A stretch of 64,000 bases of DNA from Promethearchaeota archaeon (GCA_016840165.1 JAEOSU010000018.1:28902-92901), one strand, 5' to 3'; shown: positions 48,057 through 59,205, counted from the stretch's first letter. A program made the numbers and translations. The notes: a model not told the origin generated them from the sequence alone.

Positions 48057-48287
48057 TTGAATCTTCCGAAAGATAAATTCGAGATGTTAAACATAACTTA
48101 TATGACAGGCTTAGAAGGAACTCTATTGGTGAATTATGCAATAATAGATGAGAAATTCTATTCGACTTCCATTAATTTTCTTGTTGTTCTAGTAACCATA
48201 GTCATATTTGCATTATTTCTTATTGCTATGGGTATCTATATCTATAAGACAAGAATACCAGAGAATCCTAGAACTACTAAATCTTAA
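48057..48287 (+). CDS. Small single-TM hypothetical protein or C-terminal gene remnant
   Basis: One strong hydrophobic helix followed by a basic tail; start uncertain. Confidence 0.35.
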   Translation: MNLPKDKFEMLNITYMTGLEGTLLVNYAIIDEKFYSTSINFLVVLVTIVIFALFLIAMGIYIYKTRIPENPRTTKS

Positions 48288-48505
48288 ATTTTAAATGAAA
48301 AACTTATTTTTTTTTCTTATTTTTAACCTAACTAGTTGATAAATCATCAAAGATTCAAATCACTTTTCCCTTATTTCACTTATAAAGCTTAAACATTAAT
48401 TATATAAAAGATAGCTCGCTTTGTACTTTCAAATATTGGACTAATAAAATAATAAATTAAATGAAAATAGAATTTAATTAAAAACTAAATGAATTGATTT
48501 GATAA

Positions 48506-49312
48506 ATGAAAATTAAAACAAGAAGTCAAAATAAGACTGTTTCTCCTGAAAATATTTTAGATCCGAATAATGAATATGCAATTAATATTCAAAATTTAGT
48601 GAAAAAGTACGAAGATATAACCGCCGTTAATAATTTGAATTTGAAGATAAAAAATGGAGAATTATTCAGTCTTCTTGGACCAAATGGAGCAGGAAAAACA
48701 ACTACTATCAATGTTCTGTCTGGATTAGTAAATCAGACGGATGGATTAGCGTTTGTGGGAGGATATAATGTAAGAAAAGAATTAAAATTTGTTAAACAAC
48801 TCATTGGTGTTTGCCCGCAAGAAGCAGCGATCTATAAATTTCTTACTGGAAAAGAAAATCTTAAACTATTTGGAAATCTCCATGGAATGCAGAAAAAAGA
48901 AATAGAAGAAAGGATTGAATATTTACTCAAGACTCTGGATTTTGAAGATGCAAGTCAGCGAAAAGTAAAAGGTTACAGCGGTGGAATGCTTCGTAAATTA
49001 AATATGCTAATGGCTCTAATTCATGATCCAAAAATCGCTTTTCTTGATGAACCAACGGTAGGAATGGATCCGAGAGCACGGAGAAAAGTATGGGGATTTA
49101 TTAGAGCTTTGAAAGAGCAGCAAAAAACGATAATCTTAACCACGCATTATATGGAAGAGGCTGAGGTACTGAGCGATAGAGTTGGAATTATTGATTATGG
49201 AGAACTCATTGCTATTGGGACTCCAAAAGAATTAATAAAAAAATATGAAGTAAAGAATCTAGAAGAAGTATTTTTAAAAATTACTGGCAGAAGAATTGTG
49301 GAGGGGATTTAA
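48506..49312 (+). CDS. ABC-2 type exporter ATP-binding subunit
   Basis: Walker A GPNGAGKTT, signature YSGGM, Walker B FLDEPT and THYMEEA. Confidence 0.95.
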   Translation: MKIKTRSQNKTVSPENILDPNNEYAINIQNLVKKYEDITAVNNLNLKIKNGELFSLLGPNGAGKTTTINVLSGLVNQTDGLAFVGGYNVRKELKFVKQLIGVCPQEAAIYKFLTGKENLKLFGNLHGMQKKEIEERIEYLLKTLDFEDASQRKVKGYSGGMLRKLNMLMALIHDPKIAFLDEPTVGMDPRARRKVWGFIRALKEQQKTIILTTHYMEEAEVLSDRVGIIDYGELIAIGTPKELIKKYEVKNLEEVFLKITGRRIVEGI

Positions 49313-49314
49313 AA

Positions 49315-50082
49315 ATGAATATACAGAGAGTTTTAGCATTAGTAAAAATGAATTTAAAAAAGATAATAAGAGAGCCAGCTTATCTCTTTTTGATGATCTT
49401 GTTTCCCGCAGCATTAACTCTGGTATTTGGATTAGCATTTGGAACAATAGATACTGGGATTGCTGGATTAAGTCAATTTGATTTAATGACACCAGGTTTG
49501 TTTGCTTATGCATGCATCTTTATAATTATGATTGTTGCTCAGACTTTTAGTGATGATCGTGAGCAGGGATTGTTAAAAAGAATAAATTTAACTCCTACGA
49601 CCTCAGCAGAATTTATGGGAAGCCACATTATTTCTAATACATTACTTTCTATTGTTCAAGTCGCAATAGTCGCAGTTTGTTCACTTCTTATAGGGTTCAG
49701 ACCTGAGGGGAATGTGATTGGATTTTTGCTCGCATTTCTCTTTATGATAATCCTTTCCATATGTTCGGTAGGTTTTGGTCTTTTATGCAGTACTATAGCA
49801 AAAAGTTCGGGGACAGCAACAGCGCTTTCCTTTATCTTTATCCTTCCTCAGATGTTCTTTGGTACGTTTGTCCCTTTAACTGATGCAACTAGAATAATCG
49901 CATACTTTTTGCCAAGTTATTACGCCACTGAATCACTAAGTTCGATATTGGTTGAAGGTATCCCCTTAACAGATTTAAGTATATGGATAAATCTGGGAAT
50001 ATTATCTCTAATGAGTATATTAATTATCGGTTTAGGGATTTTAATCTTCAAAAAATATGGAAAAAAATCAAATAGTAATTAA
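49315..50082 (+). CDS. ABC-2 type exporter permease
   Basis: Six TM; DREQGLLKRI..TP; immediately downstream of the ATPase. Confidence 0.9.
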   Translation: MNIQRVLALVKMNLKKIIREPAYLFLMILFPAALTLVFGLAFGTIDTGIAGLSQFDLMTPGLFAYACIFIIMIVAQTFSDDREQGLLKRINLTPTTSAEFMGSHIISNTLLSIVQVAIVAVCSLLIGFRPEGNVIGFLLAFLFMIILSICSVGFGLLCSTIAKSSGTATALSFIFILPQMFFGTFVPLTDATRIIAYFLPSYYATESLSSILVEGIPLTDLSIWINLGILSLMSILIIGLGILIFKKYGKKSNSN

Positions 50083-50213
50083 TTTCTTAATCTTTTTTCC
50101 TTTATTAAATATAAAAACCTAAATCTTTCTGTTTTAGAATTTAGAAAATATGATTCCTAAAGCGAATAAAATATTTAAAAATTGAACGCTTAAAATATTG
50201 TTGTGATACAAAG

Positions 50214-50984
50214 ATGAAAATTATTTTTCATGAAAGGTATTATAATGCCAATTATGCAATGGATCCTGCGGCTTCAGTAGGGCGTTTAGAGGGAATTATG
50301 AAGGCTCTCTCGAAGAATCCTAACTATGAAATAATAGAACCTTACCCTGCATCAAAAGATGATATATTAAGGGCTCACACAGAAAGACACTATAACTCTG
50401 TAAAAAGAAATCCTCTTCTTTATGAATTGGCTTCCTTAGCCGCTGGTGGTGCCATTGTTGCTGCAGAAGAAGCCTATAAGGGGGATCCGAGTTTTGCTGT
50501 AATAAGGCCTCCTGGACATCACGCTTCAGCCGATTCTTGCTGGGGTTTTTGCTATTTTAATAATATCTCAATTAGTTTGTTAAGACTTTACTCTGAAAAG
50601 AAGATAAACTCTGCGTTTATCTTAGATTTTGATCTTCATACGGGAGATGGGAATATAAACATTCTGCAAAATAGAAATGATGATTTCCGAGTAAAAATAC
50701 TCAATCCTGATGGGATTAATCGAGAAATTTATATGAGAGAAGTTGAGAATTATATGGAAAATTTATCTGATATTGATATTTTTGTTGCAAGTGCGGGATT
50801 CGACCAAGGAATCGAGGATTGGGGTCATTTACTGCATCCAGATGATTACTTTAAACTTGGAGAATTAATGAAGCAATACTCTGAGAAGCTATGTAAAGGA
50901 AGAAGATATGCACTTTTAGAAGGAGGCTATAATCATAATGTTCTTCCAAAAAATGTTGATTCCTTTTGTCAAGGTCTGAAATAA
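50214..50984 (+). CDS. Zn-dependent histone deacetylase family protein (compact)
   Basis: RPPGHHA, GFCYFNN, DFDLHTGDG, SAGFD and LEGGY. Confidence 0.92.
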   Translation: MKIIFHERYYNANYAMDPAASVGRLEGIMKALSKNPNYEIIEPYPASKDDILRAHTERHYNSVKRNPLLYELASLAAGGAIVAAEEAYKGDPSFAVIRPPGHHASADSCWGFCYFNNISISLLRLYSEKKINSAFILDFDLHTGDGNINILQNRNDDFRVKILNPDGINREIYMREVENYMENLSDIDIFVASAGFDQGIEDWGHLLHPDDYFKLGELMKQYSEKLCKGRRYALLEGGYNHNVLPKNVDSFCQGLK

Positions 50985-51015
50985 ATTTTACTTTTTTCTT
51001 CATTTAATCATAAGA

Positions 51016-51648
51016 TCACATTGATGCTACATTATCTCTTTTAAGATAATAATTTAATGAAAAAACTACTAAATTTGAAAGATATTCTACAAATTTATCA
51101 TCAGTATCAAATAATTTCATTAATGCCAAATGATGATATATAAGCGCATTAACCAGATTATACATGAAGACAAACACTTCTATCAGTTGATTCTCAGGTA
51201 TTTTCTTCATATTTTCATTTACTTTTCTAACCCTATGGAGTGTATCCTTAAAAAAGTTGATTACTTTTGCTTTATAGGCATTATGTAATTCTTTATCAGA
51301 TTGTATAGCAGATCTAAAAGCAAGATTATATCCTTCATTTTCCTTATGATTCTTGAATAAATCTAACACAAAATGATAAAGAAAATCTCTTACATTTTCA
51401 TCATTCATCTTACTTAAATTATGACTGTCAAAAAATGTTTCCATTGATTCTTCAAAGTATTTTCGTATAATATCTTCTTTTCCTTTTGGAAAATATTTAT
51501 AAATCGTACCAATACTAAGATCAGCGGATTCTGCTACATGGTTTGTGCTGGTTTTAGAATATCCCCGTTGTAAGATTAATTTAAAAAAGGTATCATAAAT
51601 TATATTAATTTTTTCTTCTTTATTCCGTGAAAATTTTTTATTTGACAT
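51016..51648 (-). CDS. TetR/AcrR family transcriptional regulator
   Basis: GYSKTSTNHVAESADLSIGTIYKYFP HTH. Confidence 0.92.
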   Translation of the reverse strand: MSNKKFSRNKEEKINIIYDTFFKLILQRGYSKTSTNHVAESADLSIGTIYKYFPKGKEDIIRKYFEESMETFFDSHNLSKMNDENVRDFLYHFVLDLFKNHKENEGYNLAFRSAIQSDKELHNAYKAKVINFFKDTLHRVRKVNENMKKIPENQLIEVFVFMYNLVNALIYHHLALMKLFDTDDKFVEYLSNLVVFSLNYYLKRDNVASM

Positions 51649-51661
51649 TATAAAATATTAA

Positions 51662-51707
51662 ATGAGTTTTTACTCATAAACTTTATAAGTGAGCAAATGC
51701 TCACTTA
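51662..51707. promoter_or_regulatory. Two palindromic operators (TGAG-N6-CTCA) around a TATA box in the tetR/methyltransferase divergent promoter
   Basis: ATGAGT-TTTT-ACTCAT at 51662-51677 and TAAGTGAGCA-AA-TGCTCACTTA at 51686-51707; TTTATAAG at 51682-51689. Confidence 0.8.
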
Positions 51708-51735
51708 CTTAAAAACTTATAGGTGTATTAAATAA

Positions 51736-52608
51736 ATGTTTCAACAAGAGACAATAAAATTTCATAAATTAAAGGATCCTAATGATATTAAAATAGTAGA
51801 AGATATCATATATCCTATTTTTTCTAAGAACATTGAGGAAGACAAGAACTATTTGAACGAAATCCGTTCATTAATATTAGCTTCCATGAAATATGTCAAG
51901 ATAAACTTATTTAAGCGTAAAATTTTTTGGCTATATGTAAGTAGAACCATATTAAAGGGGATTAAAAAAGGACTACCTCTTATTGAGGTTGAAGATACAC
52001 TAAGAAAGTTTATAAGAAGTCATGTTGATAATGATAAGGATATAAAGGCTAAAGAATTGGATATTGTTAAAAGCAGATTCGAGAAAATAAGAAAATATAT
52101 TATTGGAAATAAAGTTCTTGATTTAGGTGCAGGAAATGGGCTTTTAGCACAAGAAATAAAAGATCAACTTGATAAAGATGTTGTTTTAGTCGATGTTATA
52201 GATTATAACTATACAAATCTTCCATTGATTTTATATGATCCCGAAGATAGGGTACCATTAGCTGATAAAGAGGTGGATACAACCATTCTCTATACAGTAT
52301 TACATCATGCAAATGATCCAGAGCATCTTTTAGAAGAAGCAGCAAGAATAACAAAAAATCGCTTAATAATCAAAGAAGCTTATATTGAAGAAGAGAAGAT
52401 CAGAATTACTAATAGCTTTGTTGATTGGTTTTACAATCGAGTTATAGGGGATGAGGATATAAACGTTCCTCTTAATTTTCTTAAAATAAAAGAATGGAAA
52501 CGATTTCTAGAATCACTTGGATTTAAGGTTATTGAAACTAATTATGTTGGAATTGATGAACCTGCTGTACCAGAACGTCATGTATTTATTATTGCTGACC
52601 GAATCTAG
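51736..52608 (+). CDS. Class I SAM-dependent methyltransferase
   Basis: VLDLGAGNG, VDV and TVLHHA. Confidence 0.85.
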   Translation: MFQQETIKFHKLKDPNDIKIVEDIIYPIFSKNIEEDKNYLNEIRSLILASMKYVKINLFKRKIFWLYVSRTILKGIKKGLPLIEVEDTLRKFIRSHVDNDKDIKAKELDIVKSRFEKIRKYIIGNKVLDLGAGNGLLAQEIKDQLDKDVVLVDVIDYNYTNLPLILYDPEDRVPLADKEVDTTILYTVLHHANDPEHLLEEAARITKNRLIIKEAYIEEEKIRITNSFVDWFYNRVIGDEDINVPLNFLKIKEWKRFLESLGFKVIETNYVGIDEPAVPERHVFIIADRI

Positions 52609-52658
52609 CGATTGAATATAAAATCGTAAGAGAATAAAGGATTAGAATAATTCGGTAA

Positions 52659-53993
52659 TTAACTTCTAGCAGTAAGAAATTTACGAATAATTATTACTAC
52701 AAATATTATTCCTACTATAAATATGGGTGTAGGAATTAGGAATATCAAATCATAGTAAATTTCAACACACTCACCAACAAATGACTTAGGATTTTTCATT
52801 AAAAGAGCATTATGATCTGGAATTATACATCCGAAATCCCCCTTAAATCCTCCAGTAATATAGATATTACCTGTTGGATCAATCTCCACATCAGAAAAGT
52901 AAACATCAGCGCATCCAGTGCACCTTCTCTGCCATAAAAGGCCTCCAGAGGAATTTAACTTTTCAAGATAAATTGCTGTGCAAATACACATAGATACTAA
53001 AAAGAATGAATTATCTATGCATTTTATAAACCTATTTTCCGTTAAATAGATATCATTATTATTATCTGTTATTACCTTAGTATTAAACACAGAATATTCT
53101 GGTAGCGAATAGTTCCATATTGAACTCCCAGTAGAATTTATTTTTATTAAATTAGCTCCATCAGCAATAAGAATAAAACCATCAGAATCAACTGCAATAT
53201 CTTGTTCATAATATGGGAGATTCCAAGTATAATTCCAATCTTGATGCCCAGAGGAATTATACGATAGAATAATTGCTTTATCATTAATCGTTCCAGCGGT
53301 ATAAATCTTATTGTCAGCATGAGTCGTAACAGCAAAATATTCATCAGAATCGAGCCATCCTAATGTATAATTCCATACTCTATGCCCCGAATTATTGAGC
53401 TTTACTATATATGTATCTAAATGGTTTAACGGATTAATTTCTATGGATCCTACGATATATACATTGCCAAGCAGATCAATAGCCATATCATAAGAAATTA
53501 ACCATTCATAACCACCCAATACTTTGTTCCATAGAGGATCTCCTGAATTATTAAATTTGGAAAGAATAATATAATCTTTCCCATCATTTTTATCTTCAAA
53601 ATTTCCTACGAGAAAAAGATTATTATTTTTATCAATTTTAATTGTATGATAAACTATTGAATTAGATTCATTATAATCCAATAAATTTTGCCATAATAAA
53701 TCTCCCATTTGATTGAATTTTGTGATGAAGGAATTTTCTAATCCTGTTTGTGCATTCCTTGTCCCTCCTAAAACATATATATTATCAGAGGAATCAATAG
53801 CAACACTACTCGCCCAGTCAGATCCTAATATGCTCCATGTTTTTGTCCATGAATCATTCCCTTCAGTATTAGAACTTTCAGGTGAGATTCTTGACAAATT
53901 GATACGATTTTCAAATGATATTCCTAAGATTTGCTGTATAAGTAACAACTGTAAAAGGAATAAAACAAAAATATTTGATTTTTTATAATTCAT
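52659..53993 (-). CDS. Secreted, C-terminally anchored beta-propeller (SBBP-like repeat) protein
   Basis: Repeated IAID..GNVYIVG / KFN.SG..LW blades; signal peptide; C-terminal TM followed by RK. Confidence 0.8.
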   Translation of the reverse strand: MNYKKSNIFVLFLLQLLLIQQILGISFENRINLSRISPESSNTEGNDSWTKTWSILGSDWASSVAIDSSDNIYVLGGTRNAQTGLENSFITKFNQMGDLLWQNLLDYNESNSIVYHTIKIDKNNNLFLVGNFEDKNDGKDYIILSKFNNSGDPLWNKVLGGYEWLISYDMAIDLLGNVYIVGSIEINPLNHLDTYIVKLNNSGHRVWNYTLGWLDSDEYFAVTTHADNKIYTAGTINDKAIILSYNSSGHQDWNYTWNLPYYEQDIAVDSDGFILIADGANLIKINSTGSSIWNYSLPEYSVFNTKVITDNNNDIYLTENRFIKCIDNSFFLVSMCICTAIYLEKLNSSGGLLWQRRCTGCADVYFSDVEIDPTGNIYITGGFKGDFGCIIPDHNALLMKNPKSFVGECVEIYYDLIFLIPTPIFIVGIIFVVIIIRKFLTARS

Positions 53994-54112
53994 ATATTAT
54001 TTCCAAAATATCATTTAGATTCGAGTTTTAATAGAACAATTAAACATTTAACTATTATGTACAAGGATTTAGTATATGGTACTAGATCAAAAAAAGTGGA
54101 ATAAAAAATTAT

Positions 54113-55444
54113 TTAGACAATTTGGTAAAATTTATCCTCAAACTCTGGCTTTCCCTTATATTTATTCAAAAATATAAGCGGAGCTTTCTCAATATTTTTA
54201 AAAATATATGAAGGTACTCGAATTCCAGCTTGTTTGAGAGCGCTCTGTATTTCTTCTACACTTGGAGGGCATCCCTTTATAGGAATACATTCATTAATGA
54301 TTGGATTATCCTTATTTTTATTATACTGGCATTGACCGAGTAATATTGTTTTATTCATCCCCGGAGTGGGTTCTTTTATTTTCCCTGTTAAGATTTCTAT
54401 ATTATCAAAATCTTCTCCTTTCCATGCTTCCTTGATCGCGACTAAAATAACCCCATTATAGAAACTACAAAAAGTACACATAGTTTCATCATATTTAGGA
54501 TAACTAATACCTCCAATACCGGCTTTTGCATATGAAAGTGGAAGAGTATCATTCTTTTTATATATAAATTCCCATCCATGTGGTTTTGCTAATGATTCAA
54601 GGGACTCACCTTTAATTTCAATATCGCTTAAATCGAGAGGACGGCTTCTATCTTTCCCAACCTGAACTAAATGAGGAACATCAGCAGGATCTATACCTAA
54701 TAAGTTTGAACCTACTAAATCTGCAGAGAACATATCTTTAGATGCAACCAATATATCACTTCTATGAGCCTTTCCATCAAACGTAGGACCCCTCTCCAAG
54801 GTGTAAATCCCATCGATGAGCGTAAGACTTTCGGGGATTTTATTTGCTAATTGCGCCACATTGTAATGTAGATTATATTTTGGATCAGCACCATGAAATT
54901 TCTTGCGCGATGCAATATTGATAAATCCTTTTAAATTTTTAATCCCCAAACTAACTACACATTGAGCATGGGTCTTTAAAACGGGGATATCTATCAGAAA
55001 ATCAGAATGAAGCATATCTGAATTCATTTTAGCTGTCACACCTTCAGCTAATTCGACTTTTTCGTAAGGTCTTGAAAATAAATCATATAATTTGACCCCA
55101 TATCTTTCCTTTAGCAAATTATATCCTAATTTTTCAAAGGCATCTTCAGGTGTCTCTTTATCCTTAGGATCATCGGCAATTATTCCATCCCCAATTGAAA
55201 TATCGTTGACGCCGCGTTCTTTCAATAGCCTTATTACGTCCTCGACTACTCTTGATGTGGTTAGCATACCCCATTTAGGAAAATCGCAATGTCTATTCCA
55301 ATAAACTAAATTAGGTTTAATAAATATCTTCCCATCAACAGGTAGTCGTTCAAATCCATCAACTAGTTCTATTGCTTTTTTAACTGAGACTAGAGGATCT
55401 TTATATTTTACAATAGATACTACTTTTTTACTCATTGATACCAC
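54113..55444 (-). CDS. DUF362 domain protein (probable Fe-S)
   Basis: IFIKPNL, PVLKTH, SLGIKNLKG, GP and C-terminal CTFC...GQC...KGCPP. Confidence 0.85.
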   Translation of the reverse strand: MVSMSKKVVSIVKYKDPLVSVKKAIELVDGFERLPVDGKIFIKPNLVYWNRHCDFPKWGMLTTSRVVEDVIRLLKERGVNDISIGDGIIADDPKDKETPEDAFEKLGYNLLKERYGVKLYDLFSRPYEKVELAEGVTAKMNSDMLHSDFLIDIPVLKTHAQCVVSLGIKNLKGFINIASRKKFHGADPKYNLHYNVAQLANKIPESLTLIDGIYTLERGPTFDGKAHRSDILVASKDMFSADLVGSNLLGIDPADVPHLVQVGKDRSRPLDLSDIEIKGESLESLAKPHGWEFIYKKNDTLPLSYAKAGIGGISYPKYDETMCTFCSFYNGVILVAIKEAWKGEDFDNIEILTGKIKEPTPGMNKTILLGQCQYNKNKDNPIINECIPIKGCPPSVEEIQSALKQAGIRVPSYIFKNIEKAPLIFLNKYKGKPEFEDKFYQIV

Positions 55445-55518
55445 TTTTTCAATTTTATAATTTATTTGTCTTATTATCTATTAACTTTAATTCTTATAAT
55501 ATTTAAAATAATTAATCC

Positions 55519-56052
55519 TTACTCATATTTCGTATTTTTCCATTCTTTTTGCAATATGGACATTAGGATCTGATCATGATATTTTCCATTTACAAAAGTA
55601 GCTTCTCGCATTCTCCCTTCTTCCACAAATCCTAATTTTTGATAACATTTTATTGCTCTTGAGTTAAAATCGTTAACTTTTAAATCCAACCTATTAAGAT
55701 TTAAAGTATTAAATCCATAACCCATTAATAATTTCATCGCTTCAGTGCCATATCCCTTTCCCTGCTCATTTTTATCTCCTATAAAAATTCCACAGGTTCC
55801 CACTCGGTCTGTCCAGATTATATTCATGATGCTACAATTACCAATTAATTTAGTTTGATCGATCAGGATGGCAAAAATTATATCACTTTCTCGGTCTTTT
55901 AAAGAGGCATACCAATCTTCTTCCATCTCTCTGGTAAGCGGGCGATATATCGTTAAATATTGGGTAATTTCTGGATCATTTAACCAGACAAGAAATTTAT
56001 CGATATATTCTTTCTTAATTGGTGCCAGTATTACATTTTTTCCCTTAAGCAT
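55519..56052 (-). CDS. GNAT acetyltransferase, RimJ/RimL-like
   Basis: WLNDPE, QGKGYGTEA and N.RAIKCYQKLGF.EEG. Confidence 0.92.
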   Translation of the reverse strand: MLKGKNVILAPIKKEYIDKFLVWLNDPEITQYLTIYRPLTREMEEDWYASLKDRESDIIFAILIDQTKLIGNCSIMNIIWTDRVGTCGIFIGDKNEQGKGYGTEAMKLLMGYGFNTLNLNRLDLKVNDFNSRAIKCYQKLGFVEEGRMREATFVNGKYHDQILMSILQKEWKNTKYE

Positions 56053-56114
56053 AAAAAATGGTAATATCTTGTTAAATAAAAATTATGCTAAAAGAAATTA
56101 AGAATAATAAAAAG

Positions 56115-59015
56115 TTAGAAAAATATATCATGCTTACGACAAAGATACTTTATTATTTCAAATGACACAATACAAATTAATGAAATTAGAAAGCAAATTA
56201 ACCAATCAAACGCTGTCAAAAACATAAACATGAAATTGATTCCCACTGAAGCTAATGCAACTTGAAAGCCAGGAATATACATTAATGCTAAGAAGACTCC
56301 AAATAATAGTCCAATTAAGAGATACATAAATTTGGTACTATCCTCCTTGATGCTTTTGATTAATGACTTATTTGGACGGCGAATCTGATAAACAAGAAAA
56401 GATTCACAGAAAAATAAAGTTACCATGAGCATTGTAAGGGCTTTTCCTTGAGTGAAAGATACCTCTGGAGGAATTAAATCAATCGTAGTTACTATTGTAT
56501 AAAGATAGGCATCATTAAACCCTCCAAATTCAACATTCTCTAAGAAAACTGGATAAAAACCTGTAATTACAGTAAAGTATACTATTATCATACTAATGGC
56601 TAACAAGATACCAAAACCACACAGCAAAAGTAAAGTGTTTTTACTTAATATCTCTTCCTCGTCTCTCGGTTTATGCTTCATAATATCCTTTGATGTAGTA
56701 TCAAAAGTTAGAATAAGTCCTGGGAATATATGCACTGTTATTGAGAGAAAAATCCATTGAAGGTAAAACGCGTCATCTAAAAAATAGGGTAATGGTATTC
56801 CAAATATTTGTGGAATGATGACTGCTAAAATAAATTGAACTATTCCTTCAAAAACGTTAATACAGATATAGAAAAATACGACAGCTCGTATTCGAGAGAA
56901 AATACCTCGCCCCGATTCAATGCCAGTGACGATAGAATTAAAAGAGTCATCACTAATTACCATATCTGATGCTTCTTTTGCGACATCTGTGCCTTGAATC
57001 CCCATAGCAATACCCGCGTCAGCCATATTCAACGCCAAGGCATCATTCACTCCATCACCTGTCATGGCGACTACTTTATTAGCATCCTGATATCTCTCTA
57101 CAATTGTTTGTTTATGTTCTGGTGAAACTCTAGCAAACGCCCGAATTTTGCTAAATTCATCAAATGATGGATATTTATCAATATCTTTTCCTTCAATTAC
57201 TAATTCATTCATGCTATCAATTATAGAGATTTGCTGGGCAATGGCTCTAGCTGTAGGTACAGAATCTCCAGTAATCATGACTACTTCTACTCCAGCATCA
57301 TGACATGCTTTTACAGATTCTTTAACCTTATCTCTTGGAGGATCTAATATAGTAACAAAACCAATATAGATCATTTCTGATTCGCATAATATTCTCCCTT
57401 TATCACCTTCTGGGGGTGCATTATCCAATTTCCTATAACAGAGACTTAATATACGATATCCCTGACTCGCATAAATTTCAGCAATCTTAGAAACTTTATC
57501 TTTTAATTCATCAATAAATTCTACTTCATTATCCTTATAGAGTACTTTGGTACATAACGGGAGAAGTATCTCACTTGCTCCTTTAGTGAATGAATAGTAT
57601 TTCCCTTCTCTCTTATACACTTTAGACATTCGCTTAACTTTAGAATCAAAAGGATATTCTTTTTCATACTCAAAATCGTCAAGCATATAATCGCCCATTC
57701 CCTTTTGGAAGAGAACCATTAAGGCACCCTCTGTTGGACTGCCAATAACACTCCAATTCGGAATAACTCTATGGTCAATCTCTATTTCATTTTTAACTAA
57801 TGCGGAATTATTGTTTAAAAACCCAGAAGTTAAGAGTAGTTTCAATTGGGGATAATCATCAATATGTTTCACAAATTTTGGACTTTTTTCATCATCAATA
57901 TTTATTATCTCCCCCTCAGGAGCATAGCCTCGCCCAGTAACCTTAAAAATTGAACCATTTGTCCATATGTGTTCGATAGACATTTGATTTTTGGTTAATG
58001 TACCTGTTTTGTCAGAACACACAACGCTAACACGTCCTAAACTGTCAACAGAAGCTAAATTTCGGATAATTACTCCATGATGAGCCATTGATAGAACTCC
58101 AGTCAATAAAATAATCGTTACTAACAATGGAATATTAATTGGAAGAAGATCCATTGCAGAATTTAGACTTCGTGCGATCTCAAATTGTGTAAACCCACTT
58201 GCGGCCCAAATAATAATAAGAGTGAGTAACCAAAAACTAATAACAATGATTCCCAACCACTTCCCAAAATTGTTCATCTTTTCACGGATTGGAATCTCAC
58301 TGGTTCCCGCTTCCTCTAAACCAACTGAAATTTTTCCGATTTCTGTATCTTTTCCAGTCTTAGTCGCAATGGCCGTTCCATTTCCCGTAGTAATATATGT
58401 TCCATAAAAAATCATATTCTTACGATCTGCTAAAGAGATATCCGCTTGTGTTAACGCGATACCTCGTTCCATCTTTTTTTGAGGTTCACTTTCCCCTGTA
58501 AGAGAACTTTCATTAACTTCAAGGTTAGCCGATTGAATGATACGCCCATCCGCAGGAATCCGATCTCCTTGTGTTAAAACTAATAAGTCTCCGATCACTA
58601 CTTCTTTAGTTGGAACATCTAATTTTAAACCATCTCGAATAATAGTTGTAGTTGGAGCTGTCATCTCACGAAGTGCATTTAACTTTTTAGTCGCCCGATA
58701 TTGTTGTACAACAGCGACAAAGCAATTTAAGCCTACTATTGCTAAGGTTAGTAGTATAAATGAAAGATTTCCTTTTCCTCCAAATACGGCATCTAAATAC
58801 AAAATTAAAGCACCAACAAGATATATCACAATAAGCCAGTTAAATAATGGAGCTAAATAGATTTTTATGAATCCTTTAGATGCTTTTGGAATTTCATTCG
58901 GACCATATAATTCTAATCGTTTTAAAGCTTCTTCCTTTGTTAAACCTTTCGCAGAATTTGTTTTTAATTTATCATAGAGATGTTCTAAATCCATATTATA
59001 ATAAGTTTCTTCCAT
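56115..59015 (-). CDS. P-type ATPase, type II-like scaffold with non-canonical transport site (M4 PINIP)
   Basis: TGES, DKTGTLT, KGA, DPPR, MITGD and TGDGVND are intact; M4 reads LLPINIP instead of PEGLP. Confidence 0.92.
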   Translation of the reverse strand: MEETYYNMDLEHLYDKLKTNSAKGLTKEEALKRLELYGPNEIPKASKGFIKIYLAPLFNWLIVIYLVGALILYLDAVFGGKGNLSFILLTLAIVGLNCFVAVVQQYRATKKLNALREMTAPTTTIIRDGLKLDVPTKEVVIGDLLVLTQGDRIPADGRIIQSANLEVNESSLTGESEPQKKMERGIALTQADISLADRKNMIFYGTYITTGNGTAIATKTGKDTEIGKISVGLEEAGTSEIPIREKMNNFGKWLGIIVISFWLLTLIIIWAASGFTQFEIARSLNSAMDLLPINIPLLVTIILLTGVLSMAHHGVIIRNLASVDSLGRVSVVCSDKTGTLTKNQMSIEHIWTNGSIFKVTGRGYAPEGEIINIDDEKSPKFVKHIDDYPQLKLLLTSGFLNNNSALVKNEIEIDHRVIPNWSVIGSPTEGALMVLFQKGMGDYMLDDFEYEKEYPFDSKVKRMSKVYKREGKYYSFTKGASEILLPLCTKVLYKDNEVEFIDELKDKVSKIAEIYASQGYRILSLCYRKLDNAPPEGDKGRILCESEMIYIGFVTILDPPRDKVKESVKACHDAGVEVVMITGDSVPTARAIAQQISIIDSMNELVIEGKDIDKYPSFDEFSKIRAFARVSPEHKQTIVERYQDANKVVAMTGDGVNDALALNMADAGIAMGIQGTDVAKEASDMVISDDSFNSIVTGIESGRGIFSRIRAVVFFYICINVFEGIVQFILAVIIPQIFGIPLPYFLDDAFYLQWIFLSITVHIFPGLILTFDTTSKDIMKHKPRDEEEILSKNTLLLLCGFGILLAISMIIVYFTVITGFYPVFLENVEFGGFNDAYLYTIVTTIDLIPPEVSFTQGKALTMLMVTLFFCESFLVYQIRRPNKSLIKSIKEDSTKFMYLLIGLLFGVFLALMYIPGFQVALASVGINFMFMFLTAFDWLICFLISLICIVSFEIIKYLCRKHDIFF

Positions 59016-59205
59016 AATTTAATCTCCCGTGACTATTGATAATATTATAAAGCAATAATCTAATATCAAATCTTTTAATAAATAGACTATAACAATCTTT
59101 ATTTTTATTTTATTTCTTTTTGGTAAAAAAATACTTATTAGTCAAATAATTCGTAATAAAAGTAAATAATTTTTACCGTTTTAAAGATAAATTAAATTGA
59201 AAAAA

